From NCBI GenBank assembly GCA_965219575.1, contig OZ244779.1, positions 684,769 through 748,768 of the forward strand: a stretch of DNA of 64,000 bases, in the 5' to 3' direction. Positions 53,072-62,998 of this stretch are shown here, in pieces (the stretch's first letter is position 1; each line of letters opens with the position of its first letter). The notes below the pieces were generated by a model that saw nothing but the letters and a program-made list of their open reading frames with translations, was not told the DNA's origin and did no database searches. Position numbers and translations under genes: made by a program. Source of the stretch: Candidatus Oxydemutatoraceae bacterium (GTDB taxonomy: Bacteria > Pseudomonadota > Gammaproteobacteria > Poriferisulfidales > Oxydemutatoraceae).

Positions 53072-53697
53072 AGTATTTTGTGTAATTGCACTTGCATACG
53101 CACCGCGAGTCTATCGGCAAGTATCCATTCGGCGAGCTCGCTTGCGTCTTGGCGTTGCCACGCCGGCGAAAACAATATATTGCACCGTCGGTTCAATGCG
53201 TGTTTTTGTAGGCATGTCTTAGCCCAATCGTAATCTTCTCGGTTGCAAATCACAAATTTAACTTGATCGTCGGCGCGTAATCGGGTGATGTTGGCGTAGT
53301 GGTTGCGATCGACCTCTCCGGAACACGGTGTTTTGATATCCATCACAACCGTTACCCGAGGATCCACCTTCGCAATGTCGTGTGCACCGCCGGTTTCTAA
53401 AGAGACGCAATATCCTGCATCGCACAGCTTGCGTAATAAATCCAAGCAGCGATTTTGTGCCAAAGGTTCGCCGCCGGTTACCGTAACATAGTCGGTTTTA
53501 CTCTCTTCGGCACGCTCAAGGATATTGTCGATGGTCATCCATTCGCCGCCTTTGAATGCGTATTCGGTGTCGCAATAGCTACAACGAAGCGGGCAGCCGG
53601 TAAGCCTAATAAAAAGCGTCGGGATGCCGGTTGTTAGCGATTCGCCTTGCAGAGAATAAAAGATTTCGCTGATTTTCAGTGCGTCGGCCGGTGCCAT
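53047..53697 (-). CDS. queE: 7-carboxy-7-deazaguanine synthase
   Basis: [33 protein letters not shown]. Confidence 0.96.
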   Translation of the reverse strand: MAPADALKISEIFYSLQGESLTTGIPTLFIRLTGCPLRCSYCDTEYAFKGGEWMTIDNILERAEESKTDYVTVTGGEPLAQNRCLDLLRKLCDAGYCVSLETGGAHDIAKVDPRVTVVMDIKTPCSGEVDRNHYANITRLRADDQVKFVICNREDYDWAKTCLQKHALNRRCNILFSPAWQRQDASELAEWILADRLAVRMQVQLHKILWGETRGR

Positions 53698-53700
53698 CGC

Positions 53701-54636
53701 TTAGCGTCCTTTGTTTCCCAGCTGTTCCAGTTGTTCTATTGCCAGTTTGCGCACCTGTTCGTCTTCGGCTTCATTTTTCAAACGTTCTAAGATCTTACGC
53801 GCGTCTTCCCACTGCTTTTTGTTGAGCCGTATATAAGCAATCTTGAGCAATGCCGGTTCGCGTTTTTCACTATCGCCGTAATTCTCGATGAGTTGTGTAA
53901 AATATACGGTCGCTTGTTCTAAGTCACCTTCTGCATAATACGATTCGGCAACCCAGTAGTTTGCGTCGTCGGCATAATCCCCCTCGGGATAATCTTGTAA
54001 AAAACGGGTTAGGTTGTCGCGCAGACGAATATAATCGGCACGGTCCAAGGCCCCCATCGCTTTGCTATAAGCGGCGTATTCATCTTCGTCGGGTAATCCG
54101 GCGGGTTCTATAAGTGAGGGCTTTTCTTCGGGTTGTAATATAGCTTGAGGTTGTTCGGGTTCTATAGGAGGTGCCTCGGATTCTACGACAGGTACTGCCG
54201 GTTCTATGACGGGTGCCGCCGGTTCTATGACAGGTACTTCGGGTGTTCGTAATTGCGGTTCCTCTACGACACGAGCGAGTTCATCTAAGCGATTATTTGT
54301 TTTAGTGATTTGCTGTTCTAACTTTTGAAAATTACTTTTTAGTTGCCCTAGTTGAGTTTCGGTGGGAGCAGTCTCCATAGATTTCACCGACACGGTCGGT
54401 GTCGTAAGCGATCGATGGATTTGAGATTTGAGTTCACCCAACTGCTGGTCTAGATTTTTTTGTAGCGTCTTTAGTTCAAATTGCGTAAGTTCGTTTTGAT
54501 TACGCAATTCGGTTATTTCGTTTTGCATTTGCTGCACTTTATCCAGTACTCTATTGAGCAGGGCATTGTTTTGTTCTTGCGCCGACACATCGATGCCGGC
54601 AAACAATGCAAAAACTAAAAGCAGGTATTTAACCAT
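53701..54636 (-). CDS. cpoB: Tol-Pal coordinator CpoB (YbgF)
   Basis: Signal peptide, coiled coil, TPR with ANYWVAESYY; position tolB-[ ]-queE. Confidence 0.82.
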   Translation of the reverse strand: MVKYLLLVFALFAGIDVSAQEQNNALLNRVLDKVQQMQNEITELRNQNELTQFELKTLQKNLDQQLGELKSQIHRSLTTPTVSVKSMETAPTETQLGQLKSNFQKLEQQITKTNNRLDELARVVEEPQLRTPEVPVIEPAAPVIEPAVPVVESEAPPIEPEQPQAILQPEEKPSLIEPAGLPDEDEYAAYSKAMGALDRADYIRLRDNLTRFLQDYPEGDYADDANYWVAESYYAEGDLEQATVYFTQLIENYGDSEKREPALLKIAYIRLNKKQWEDARKILERLKNEAEDEQVRKLAIEQLEQLGNKGR

Positions 54637-54661
54637 TGTTTAATATTGCCGTCTAAGACCG

Positions 54662-55945
54662 CTATCGTACGAGTGGCGACCATGAAATCCCCCTGATATT
54701 ATCGGCTTCTATCTGAATCAGTTTTCCTAATGCCCCGTCTATGGTTAGCAATCCGAGTGCAGACTCACCGTCTTGGGTTGTGATATAGCTTAATAGATGT
54801 CCGTTGGGCGCAAAACGAGGTCTTTCGTCTAGGTTACCGAAACTCAAAGCAAGTTCGCTATCGTCGATTAGATCGCGTATGACTACGGAAAATCCGGCAC
54901 CGCGCTCGCTGATATAAGCGAGCTTGGTTTGATCGGGCGAGACATCGGCATCGGCGTTGTAGTTCCCCTCGAAACTTAGACGCGTAATATCATTGTCCGC
55001 AATCGATGCCCGATACAGTTGTGGTGTGCCGCTGCGGTCCGAGGTAAAGATCAAGGCATCGTTACCCATCCAAGCGGGCTCCGTATCTATTGCCAGACTT
55101 CGGGTTACCCTTATAATTCTTTGGGTGTCGAAGCGGTAGATATAAATATCGGAGTTGTCGTTGCGCGAAGCGACAAAACTTAATTGATTGTTATCTTCGG
55201 ACCAAGCAGGCGTGTTGGCAGGACCTATTATTTCGGATAGATTGCTACGCTCGCCACTGCTCAATACCTGTATGAATATCTGTGGTTCGTTGTTCTCGTA
55301 AGAGACATAAGCAAGGTTTTTGTAATCGGGCGACCACGCCGGCGACATCAGTGTCGCGTCTGCGGAATAAATGGCCGAGACATATTGTCCGTCGGCATCC
55401 GCTATGTTCAGGTTAAATCTTCGTTCTTTGGGACCCAGCCTCTCCGAACTGACAAATGCCAGTCGGGTACTGAAAATTCCCGCCACACCGGCAATTTCCT
55501 CATAGATCAAATCACTTGCATAGTGTGCAATGGTTTTGATTAGATTATCCTCAAGGCTTAATTTCCATTCCTTCGATTTAGTCGCTTTGACGGCATCGTC
55601 TAGGCGAACAATCAGAGCATCGTCGTCGACGGTACCCGATACTATTTTTTCGGCACCGTTTGTCAACCAAGCCTCGTAGTCGGTCGTATCGTTCGGGCGA
55701 GTCAGTTGGGAAAAGTTTTGTGCGTCTAAGATACTGAATAAGCCACTGTACGCTAGATTGGATGCGATAATTTGACTGTAGTTGCGAGGCACGTCTTGAG
55801 GTTCTCCCGTAAACGGCAGTATTGTAATCGGAACCCCACCGATCACACCTTCGGTGATTTCTATTTTTAATTCGGCTTGCGCGGTTGCAAAAGCGAACAG
55901 TAATGTCAGCAGGCTCGCTATACTATGTAGTATACGCATAATCAA
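54662..55945 (-). CDS. tolB: Tol-Pal beta-propeller protein
   Basis: ELKIEITEG, MSPAWSPD, IDTEPAW, FTSDRSGTPQLY. Confidence 0.93.
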   Translation of the reverse strand: MIMRILHSIASLLTLLFAFATAQAELKIEITEGVIGGVPITILPFTGEPQDVPRNYSQIIASNLAYSGLFSILDAQNFSQLTRPNDTTDYEAWLTNGAEKIVSGTVDDDALIVRLDDAVKATKSKEWKLSLEDNLIKTIAHYASDLIYEEIAGVAGIFSTRLAFVSSERLGPKERRFNLNIADADGQYVSAIYSADATLMSPAWSPDYKNLAYVSYENNEPQIFIQVLSSGERSNLSEIIGPANTPAWSEDNNQLSFVASRNDNSDIYIYRFDTQRIIRVTRSLAIDTEPAWMGNDALIFTSDRSGTPQLYRASIADNDITRLSFEGNYNADADVSPDQTKLAYISERGAGFSVVIRDLIDDSELALSFGNLDERPRFAPNGHLLSYITTQDGESALGLLTIDGALGKLIQIEADNIRGISWSPLVR

Positions 55946-56982
55946 TAGTCCCTCTTAAAGGTAAATTCAATTTCCGAGTCAAACACTTCCGGTGAGGGTG
56001 CCGTCGGAAGCGGGTCGGCTTTCCATACCGCTGCTTCAACCGAGCGTACGAATAATTTATCGCCTTCGCAGCGTAAGAAGTCGACATTCAGTATTGCACC
56101 CGTTTCATTTTGACGTATCTTGAGTACACATTTGCCACCTTCGACACTGGTGGGAGGTTTCTTCCAATGCTGCTCTACGCTACTGCGAATCATCTGCTCG
56201 TATTGCCGTTGCCAAATTGCAATTTGGTTCTTGCGCATTTTTAATCGTTCGGCTTCTTCTTTTTTTCTATGCTCTGCCAAGCGTCGTTGCTCTTCTTCCC
56301 GCTGTCTCTTTTTCTCTTCCTCCAGGCGTTTCTTCTCCTCCGCTATGCGTTTTTGCTCTTCTTCCAGCCTTTTTTTCTCTTCTGCCATGCGTCTTTGTTC
56401 TTCCTCCAGTTGTCTTTGTTTCTCCTCTGCTATGCGCCTTTGTTCCTCCTCCAGTTGTCTTTGTTTCTCCTCTGCTATGCGTCTTTGTTCTTCTTCCAGC
56501 TGTTTCCTTTTCTCTTCGGCTAAACGTTCTTGCTCTTTGCGTTCTTGTTCCGCTTCCTCCTTACGCCTCAGTTCGGCTTGCCGCTGCTTTTCTTTCTCTT
56601 CCACACGCAGTTGTTCTAGTCGAGCTTCTTCCTGTTTTTTCTTTTCTTCTTGTAATTTCTTTTGCCTTAACAACTCCGCTTTTTTTCTTTCTTCGGCTAA
56701 ACGTTGCGCCTGTTTTTGTCGCTCTTTTTCAAGTTGCAGTGCGCGTTCTCTCGCCAATGCTTGTTGTTGTTTTTGTTCGTAATAGGTATTCACTTCCTCC
56801 TGTGTGATGACTTCCGCCTCTATCGATTCCATCGGCGGTGGCGGTGACTGTGTCGCCAAAGAGACAGGTCCGGCACAGGTTTTCAGGGAAATTGTGATCG
56901 TGAAAAAAAATATAAGATGTAGCAGTACGGAAAAAACCGTAGAACTTAAATATAAACCGCGCTGTTTGCGCATCGTAGTCAC
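55942..56982 (-). CDS. tolA: TolA
   Basis: TM anchor SVLLH, E/K/R/Q repeat helix, TonB-like C-domain. Confidence 0.9.
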   Translation of the reverse strand: MTTMRKQRGLYLSSTVFSVLLHLIFFFTITISLKTCAGPVSLATQSPPPPMESIEAEVITQEEVNTYYEQKQQQALARERALQLEKERQKQAQRLAEERKKAELLRQKKLQEEKKKQEEARLEQLRVEEKEKQRQAELRRKEEAEQERKEQERLAEEKRKQLEEEQRRIAEEKQRQLEEEQRRIAEEKQRQLEEEQRRMAEEKKRLEEEQKRIAEEKKRLEEEKKRQREEEQRRLAEHRKKEEAERLKMRKNQIAIWQRQYEQMIRSSVEQHWKKPPTSVEGGKCVLKIRQNETGAILNVDFLRCEGDKLFVRSVEAAVWKADPLPTAPSPEVFDSEIEFTFKRDY

Positions 56983-57404
56983 TCGGCAGGAGGCTGGGTG
57001 ACCAAACCTATTTTTTCGGTTCCCGCTTTCTGCAGTGCAATCATTGCCTGCATTACGTATCTGTACGGTGCATTGCGATCGCCGCGCACATAGATTGTGC
57101 TATATCGATTTTGTTCGAGCAGCACGGCAGCTTCCTTGATCAAAATTTCTTCTTGCAGTGCTTGATTTGCGCGATTGCCCTGGTTGATAAAAAAATTGCC
57201 GACTTTGTCAACGGTAATAATCAGTGGTTCCTGTTCGGTGTCTTGCGGGAGCGTTTCGCTATTGCTCTCGGGTAGTTCTATTTCCACGCCTTGCTGTATC
57301 AACGGCACCGTAACCATAAATATGATCAACAATACCAGCATCACATCTATATACGGAACAACGTTAATTTCGGCAATCGCTTTGTTGCGGGCTAATATCC
57401 TCAT
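56979..57404 (-). CDS. tolR: TolR
   Basis: AEINVVPYIDVMLVLLIIFMVT. Confidence 0.93.
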   Translation of the reverse strand: MRILARNKAIAEINVVPYIDVMLVLLIIFMVTVPLIQQGVEIELPESNSETLPQDTEQEPLIITVDKVGNFFINQGNRANQALQEEILIKEAAVLLEQNRYSTIYVRGDRNAPYRYVMQAMIALQKAGTEKIGLVTQPPAE

Positions 57405-57408
57405 GGCA

Positions 57409-58092
57409 TCATTCCGAAGTGTTTTTATGTAAAGCCTGACGATGTAATATCGCAGTAAACTCCTCTATAAAATTATCGTAGCGCGAGATCAATAAATTGC
57501 TATGCTCGCTGAAACGATTGTATGCAACCACTGCGGGAATTGCTGCAAATAAACCTAGTGCGGTTGCCACTAAGGCTTCGGCAATCCCCGGTGCAACCAA
57601 AGAGAGCGTTGCTTGTTGCACATCTTGCAATGCGAGAAAGGCGTGCATAATGCCCCAAACAGTACCGAACAGACCTATATACGGCGAGGTAGAAGCCACC
57701 ACCGATAAAAAGTTCAAGTGTTTATTCCAACTATCGACCTCTCTGGACAACGCAACCTTCATGGAACGCACCGCAGTATCCGCAATGGCAAGCGGTGATA
57801 ACGAACCCTGTTTGTGCAAGCGTATATATTCGTCGAACCCGGTGTGAAATATTTTTGCCATGCCGCTTTGTTCATGAATGTCGATCTCCTTGTAAAGTTC
57901 GCTCAGCTCCATGCCCGACCAAAAACGCTCCTCAAATTGAATAGCCTGTCTCCTTATATGCCGAAACTCGCGCCACTTTGCAATAATTGCACTCCAACTC
58001 AAAACCGAAGCTATGATCAATACGAGCAAAACCAGCTGCACGATGAAAGTCGCATCGCTAATCAATGAGAAGAAGCCAATTTCAGATTGCAT
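57409..58092 (-). CDS. tolQ: TolQ
   Basis: FEERFWSG, SPYIGLFGTVWGIM, APGIAEALVATA. Confidence 0.95.
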   Translation of the reverse strand: MQSEIGFFSLISDATFIVQLVLLVLIIASVLSWSAIIAKWREFRHIRRQAIQFEERFWSGMELSELYKEIDIHEQSGMAKIFHTGFDEYIRLHKQGSLSPLAIADTAVRSMKVALSREVDSWNKHLNFLSVVASTSPYIGLFGTVWGIMHAFLALQDVQQATLSLVAPGIAEALVATALGLFAAIPAVVAYNRFSEHSNLLISRYDNFIEEFTAILHRQALHKNTSE

Positions 58093-58312
58093 TTCTTAAT
58101 TCTCCATAAAGTCTGACAGATATTAATACCGAATATCACAGGCTAGACATCTAAATAAACTTAAATTATAGGTACTCCAACTGCCTATAATACCCTATTC
58201 TGCATGATTGACAATGTAGCATTGTCCGAATTGGAGTTAGTGTAGTCGCTTCCAATCACCCTAAATGCACAAGCGTCTAAGGTCAATGCGAGTTTGAGAT
58301 TTACCGAAAAGA

Positions 58313-59362
58313 TCAAAACAGGCTCTGTTTGGAGGTTTCGGCTTGTGGTGTGGAAGGAGGCACTCGATAACCTAGATGTCGGTATGCCGATCGGGTTGCC
58401 AATCGGCCGCGTGCGGTACGGATTAAAAATCCACTTTGTATTAAAAAGGGTTCTATCACATCCTCGACGGTGCCGCGCTCCTCGCTAATCGCTGCCGCTA
58501 AGCTGTCTATGCCGACCGGACCTCCCGAAAATTTTTCTATGATCGTTTCCAGTAGTTTGCGGTCCATCGAGTCAAAACCGTGTGTGTCCACACTGAGCAT
58601 ATCGAGTGCCTTATCGGCAATCGGTTGATCGATGACTCCGTCGGCTTTGACCTGCGCGTAATCGCGTACCCTACGCAGCAAGCGATTGGCAATACGCGGC
58701 GTACCGCGCGAACGGCGGGCAATTTCAAAGGTGCCTGCTTTGTCTATGGTTACATCGAGTATATTTGCACTACGTTTTACGATTTGTGCGAGTTCTTCGT
58801 TTTGGTAAAAGTCCAGCCGCTGAGTTATGCCGAAGCGGTCTCGCAGAGGTGAAGTGAGCAGACCGGCGCGTGTTGTTGCTCCGACTAAGGTAAACGGTGG
58901 CAACTCAAGTTTAATCGAGCGTGCTGCCGGCCCTTCGCCGATAACGATATCCAGCTGAAAATCTTCCATTGCAGGATAGAGTATTTCTTCTATGGCAGGA
59001 TTGAGGCGGTGGATCTCGTCTATAAACAATACCTCTTTGGGTTCCAAGTTGGTCAATAGGGCGGCGAGGTCGCCGGCTCTTTCTAAAATCGGCCCGGCGG
59101 TTTGTCGAATTTTGACATCCATTTCGTTGGCGACAATATGCGCGAGCGTTGTTTTGCCTAAACCGGGAGGTCCGAAGATTAATACATGGTCTAATGCGTC
59201 GCCTCGTTCTTTAGCCGCCGAGATAAATATATCCATCTGTTCTTTGACCGAGGATTGTCCTATATAGTCTTTTAATCGACGAGGACGCACATCGTCGTCA
59301 ATTTGTTTTTCTTCGTCTATCGGGTCGCCGCGCAATAACGATTTGTTCGTTTCTGTATCCAT
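58313..59362 (-). CDS. ruvB: Holliday junction branch migration ATPase
   Basis: [34 protein letters not shown] winged helix; full length. Confidence 0.97.
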   Translation of the reverse strand: MDTETNKSLLRGDPIDEEKQIDDDVRPRRLKDYIGQSSVKEQMDIFISAAKERGDALDHVLIFGPPGLGKTTLAHIVANEMDVKIRQTAGPILERAGDLAALLTNLEPKEVLFIDEIHRLNPAIEEILYPAMEDFQLDIVIGEGPAARSIKLELPPFTLVGATTRAGLLTSPLRDRFGITQRLDFYQNEELAQIVKRSANILDVTIDKAGTFEIARRSRGTPRIANRLLRRVRDYAQVKADGVIDQPIADKALDMLSVDTHGFDSMDRKLLETIIEKFSGGPVGIDSLAAAISEERGTVEDVIEPFLIQSGFLIRTARGRLATRSAYRHLGYRVPPSTPQAETSKQSLF

Positions 59363-59383
59363 TGTTCAAGTGTATAGTATCAT

Positions 59384-60550
59384 TTAGGCTTTTAATCGTA
59401 GTGCTTCGCGGATAATCTCTTCCACCGTTTTGCCTTTGGTGTCCACCTTTTTAATCAGACTTTTTGCTTCGCCGGATTTGTAGCCGAGTGCGATTAAAGC
59501 CCCGGATGCAGCTTGCGATTGGTCGCTACGAGCGTCGGTCGCGGTTGCAGCGGAACTTTGCCAAAACTCGTCCTTAAAGCGATCCTTCATCTCGACAATC
59601 AGTCGTTGTGCCGTTTTCACACCTATCCCGGGCAAATCGGACAATGCGCCTACATCTTCGTTTTCTATCGATTGTCTGAATATATCCTCTTCCATGCCGG
59701 AGAGAATTGCCAGTGCCATTTTAGCATCGACACCGCGCACCTTGCGCAATTCTTTGAACAAGGGTTTATTGAGTATATCAAGTGCCCTCTCTGCAATCAT
59801 CTGATCGATGATTCCGTCGGCTTTGACCTGTGCGTAATTGCGTACCCTACGAAGCAGGTGTTTGGCGATACGCGGCCTGCCGCGTGAACGGCGGGCAATT
59901 TCAAAGGCACCTGCTTTGTCTATAGCCACATTAAGTATATTTGCATGGCGTTTTACGATTTGCGCGAGTTCTCCTTTTTGGTAAAAGTCCAGCCGCAGGG
60001 TTATGCCGAAGCGGTCTCGCAAAGGTAAAGTACGCAAACGGTTGCGCCAACGGTTGAGTGTTGTTCCCCCGACTAAGGTGAATGGTGGCAACTCGAGTTT
60101 AATCGAGCGTGATGCCGGACCTTCGCCGATAACGATATCCAACTGAAAATCCTTCATTGCAGGGTAGAGTATTTCTTCTATGGCAGGATTGAGGCGGTGA
60201 ATCTCGTCTATAAACAATATCTCTTTGGGTTCTAAGTTGGTCAGTAGGGCGGCGAGGTCGCCGGCTCTCTCTAAAATGTAGCCGTCGGTTTGCCGAATTT
60301 TAACATCTATTTCGTTGGCGATAATATGTGCGAGCGTTGTTTTGCCTAAACCGGGATGCCCGACAATTAATACATGGTCTAATGCGTCGCCCCGTTCTTT
60401 AGCTGCCGAGATAAATATATCCATCTGTTCTTTGACCGAAGATTGTCCTATATAGTCTTTTAATCGATGAGGACGCACATCGTCGTCAATTTGTTTTTCT
60501 TCGGCTATCGGGTCGCCGCGCAATAACGAGTTGTTCGTCTCTTCATCCAT
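59384..60550 (-). CDS. RuvB(aa 1-260)::RuvA(aa ~68-195) chimeric protein
   Basis: N-part paralogous to adjacent ruvB, C-part paralogous to adjacent ruvA; in-frame junction ~59770 (ALDIL|NKPLFKEL). Confidence 0.9.
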   Translation of the reverse strand: MDEETNNSLLRGDPIAEEKQIDDDVRPHRLKDYIGQSSVKEQMDIFISAAKERGDALDHVLIVGHPGLGKTTLAHIIANEIDVKIRQTDGYILERAGDLAALLTNLEPKEILFIDEIHRLNPAIEEILYPAMKDFQLDIVIGEGPASRSIKLELPPFTLVGGTTLNRWRNRLRTLPLRDRFGITLRLDFYQKGELAQIVKRHANILNVAIDKAGAFEIARRSRGRPRIAKHLLRRVRNYAQVKADGIIDQMIAERALDILNKPLFKELRKVRGVDAKMALAILSGMEEDIFRQSIENEDVGALSDLPGIGVKTAQRLIVEMKDRFKDEFWQSSAATATDARSDQSQAASGALIALGYKSGEAKSLIKKVDTKGKTVEEIIREALRLKA

Positions 60551-60571
60551 CGTTCGAGTGTATCGTATTAT

Positions 60572-61159
60572 CTAGGCTTTTAATCGTAGTGCTTCGCGGA
60601 TAATCTCTTCTACCGTTTTACCTTTGGTGTCCACCTTTTTAATCAGACTTTTTGCTTCGCCGGATTTATAGCCGAGTGCGATTAAAGCCCCGGATGCAGC
60701 TTGCGATTGGTCGCTGTGGGAGGCGGTAGCGGTGGTAACGGAACTTTGCCAAAACTCGTCCTTAAAGCGATCCTTCATCTCGACGATCAATCGCTGTGCC
60801 GTTTTCACACCAATCCCCGGCAAATCGGACAATGCGCCTACATCTTCGTTTTCTATGGATTGTCTGAATATATCCGCTTCCATGCTGGACAAAATTGCCA
60901 GTGCCATTTTAGCACCGACACCGCGCACCTTGAGCAATTCTTTGAACAAGGCTTTATCGTATTCGTTGATAAAGGCGTATAGGGTATGCGCATCTTCGCG
61001 CACAATCAGATGGGTTAATACGACAACCGGCGTACCCACCTCGGGAAGTTTGTAAAAAGTCGACATCGGGGCTTGCAGTTCGTATGTGAGACCATTGACT
61101 TCAATCAATAGATAGGGTGGTGATTTTAGAATGAGTTCACCACTTAGCCGAGCAATCAT
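60572..61159 (-). CDS. ruvA: Holliday junction DNA-binding protein
   Basis: [46 protein letters not shown]. Confidence 0.96.
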   Translation of the reverse strand: MIARLSGELILKSPPYLLIEVNGLTYELQAPMSTFYKLPEVGTPVVVLTHLIVREDAHTLYAFINEYDKALFKELLKVRGVGAKMALAILSSMEADIFRQSIENEDVGALSDLPGIGVKTAQRLIVEMKDRFKDEFWQSSVTTATASHSDQSQAASGALIALGYKSGEAKSLIKKVDTKGKTVEEIIREALRLKA

Positions 61160-61653
61160 TGGCGTAGTTTAGGTATTCCGTCGGATGGTGTTACGAAAGC
61201 ATGGCATAAAGCAATCGCGAGTGCATCGCTTTCGTCGTTTTGGTCTCGCTCGGCAATGCTAAGCAATCGGCACGCCATGTATTTGACTTGTCTTTTATCG
61301 GCGGCACCGTTGCCGGTAATGGTCTTTTTAACAAAACGCGCACTGTATTCATGCACCGCAAGTCCGGCCTTAACACCGGCGCAAATCGCAACGCCGCGTG
61401 CTTGTCCTAATTTGAGTGCCGAGTCGGCATTTTTTGACATGAACACCTTTTCTACTATCATCATCGAGGGTTGATAAGTCTCTATAATGTCGGCGACACC
61501 GTCGTAGATCGTAGCCAGCCGTTCCACGGAATTTAACGAGGCGGTATTAATTTGACCGCTGGCAATATAACGGTTCGTATGCCCGTCGCTTTCTATAATC
61601 GAATAACCGGTGGATATCGAACCGGGATCTATACCTAAAATACGCTGCATCAT
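61156..61653 (-). CDS. ruvC: Crossover junction endodeoxyribonuclease
   Basis: ILGIDPGS, VEKVF, KLGQARG, DESDALAIALCH; start taken at ATG 61653. Confidence 0.95.
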   Translation of the reverse strand: MMQRILGIDPGSISTGYSIIESDGHTNRYIASGQINTASLNSVERLATIYDGVADIIETYQPSMMIVEKVFMSKNADSALKLGQARGVAICAGVKAGLAVHEYSARFVKKTITGNGAADKRQVKYMACRLLSIAERDQNDESDALAIALCHAFVTPSDGIPKLRQ

Positions 61654-62396
61654 TAATCTGCTTCCCGGTTCACGACCGAGTCTGCAAAACTCGCATTGCA
61701 ATAGATATTCTGTACATCGTCGCAGTCCTCCAGTGCTTCCAAAAGACGCAGTAATTTACCACTATCGTTTTCGTCCAACGGCACTAAATTTGTAGGGCGC
61801 ATTTCTATCTCGGCAGAATCCGGTTCCATGCCCGAGCTTGTCATTGCCTGCTTGAGTTGCAGTAGATTTTCGGGATTTGTCAAAACTTCTATATGATTTT
61901 CGCTTTCTATATCTTTTGCGCCGGCTCGTGTTGCAGCGTCTAAAATCGCTTCCTCGTTCGCACCTGCAGGGTAGCTTAACACGCCGCACTGCTTGAACAA
62001 ATAGGAAACCGATCCCGAGGTTCCTAAATTACCGCCGAATCGAGTAAAAGCGTGTCGTATTTCGGATACACTTCGGTTTTTATTATCGGTGGTACACTCT
62101 ACCAATACGGCAACACCACCGGGACCGTAACCTTCGTAGCTGATATTTTCATAGATTGCGCCTTCTATTTCTCCGCTACCGCGTTTGACGGCACGCGCAA
62201 TGCTATCTTTCGGCATATTTGCAGCGAGTGCTTTGTCTATTGCGAGACGCAATCTAGGGTTGCTCTCCGGGTTTGCGTCTCCCATGCGCGCAGCGACGGT
62301 GATTTCACGGATCAGACGAGTAAATAATTTACCTCGTTTGGCATCTTGTGCTTTTTTCCGGTGTTGTATATTTGCCCATTTGCTATGCCCTGCCAT
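61653..62396 (-). CDS. yebC: YebC/PmpR family protein
   Basis: MAGHSKWANIQHRK, YEGYGPGG, DDVQNIY. Confidence 0.96.
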   Translation of the reverse strand: MAGHSKWANIQHRKKAQDAKRGKLFTRLIREITVAARMGDANPESNPRLRLAIDKALAANMPKDSIARAVKRGSGEIEGAIYENISYEGYGPGGVAVLVECTTDNKNRSVSEIRHAFTRFGGNLGTSGSVSYLFKQCGVLSYPAGANEEAILDAATRAGAKDIESENHIEVLTNPENLLQLKQAMTSSGMEPDSAEIEMRPTNLVPLDENDSGKLLRLLEALEDCDDVQNIYCNASFADSVVNREAD

Positions 62397-62441
62397 TGAT
62401 TACTCCTCTGCTATTGCGGTCTATTCTAAACTAATTGTAGG

Positions 62442-62894
62442 CTAGTCGGTTAATAAGTGCGCGATTGCGTCACGATTGGTATGGGAACTAATCTGCGTTA
62501 TGGCTTGTGATAAAGAGAGCCAGCGATATTCGCTGTGTTCTCTCGGATCCAGCACGACACGGCACGGTGCCTCTAGTTCTACGCTGAATAGGTGCTCTTT
62601 ATTGGAAATGACACCCGGCGCATATCGATGTCGCCACATGGGGTAAATCAAAAATTCATTATAACTATGTCGGTTGACCAGTAGGTCGGTATCGGACAAT
62701 CCAACCTCTTCGTAGAGTTCTCGTTGCGCAGCCTGTTCCGGTGTCTCGTCCCATTCCAAACTGCCGGCCACCGATTGCCAAAAATAATTCGGTTGTTTGC
62801 GTCTCAGTGCCAAAATCTCGTTATTGCGTGTATAGACCACAATCAGTACGGACTCGGGACGTTTGTAGTGTCGGTCTTTTTGGGGCATACGCAT
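62442..62894 (-). CDS. nudB: Dihydroneopterin triphosphate diphosphatase
   Basis: YKRPESVLIV, FWQSVAGS, Nudix RELYEEVG, RHRYAPGV. Confidence 0.9.
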   Translation of the reverse strand: MRMPQKDRHYKRPESVLIVVYTRNNEILALRRKQPNYFWQSVAGSLEWDETPEQAAQRELYEEVGLSDTDLLVNRHSYNEFLIYPMWRHRYAPGVISNKEHLFSVELEAPCRVVLDPREHSEYRWLSLSQAITQISSHTNRDAIAHLLTD

Positions 62895-62998
62895 ATTTAA
62901 TCGCAGTTTTATTTTTAATTTCCTTATTCGGGTAATGTATTATAAGCGTCTATGCTTCCGAGTTGGATAAATAAAGCGAAAATAAGGACACTCCGCTT

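Noticed and set aside
52349-53697. queCE as part of a 7-deazaguanine DNA modification (dpd) system
   Set aside because: Standard cpoB-queE-queC housekeeping position; no dpd genes nearby
56120-56807. Long antisense ORFs and repeats over tolA
   Set aside because: Expected by-product of the low-complexity E/K/R/Q helix of TolA
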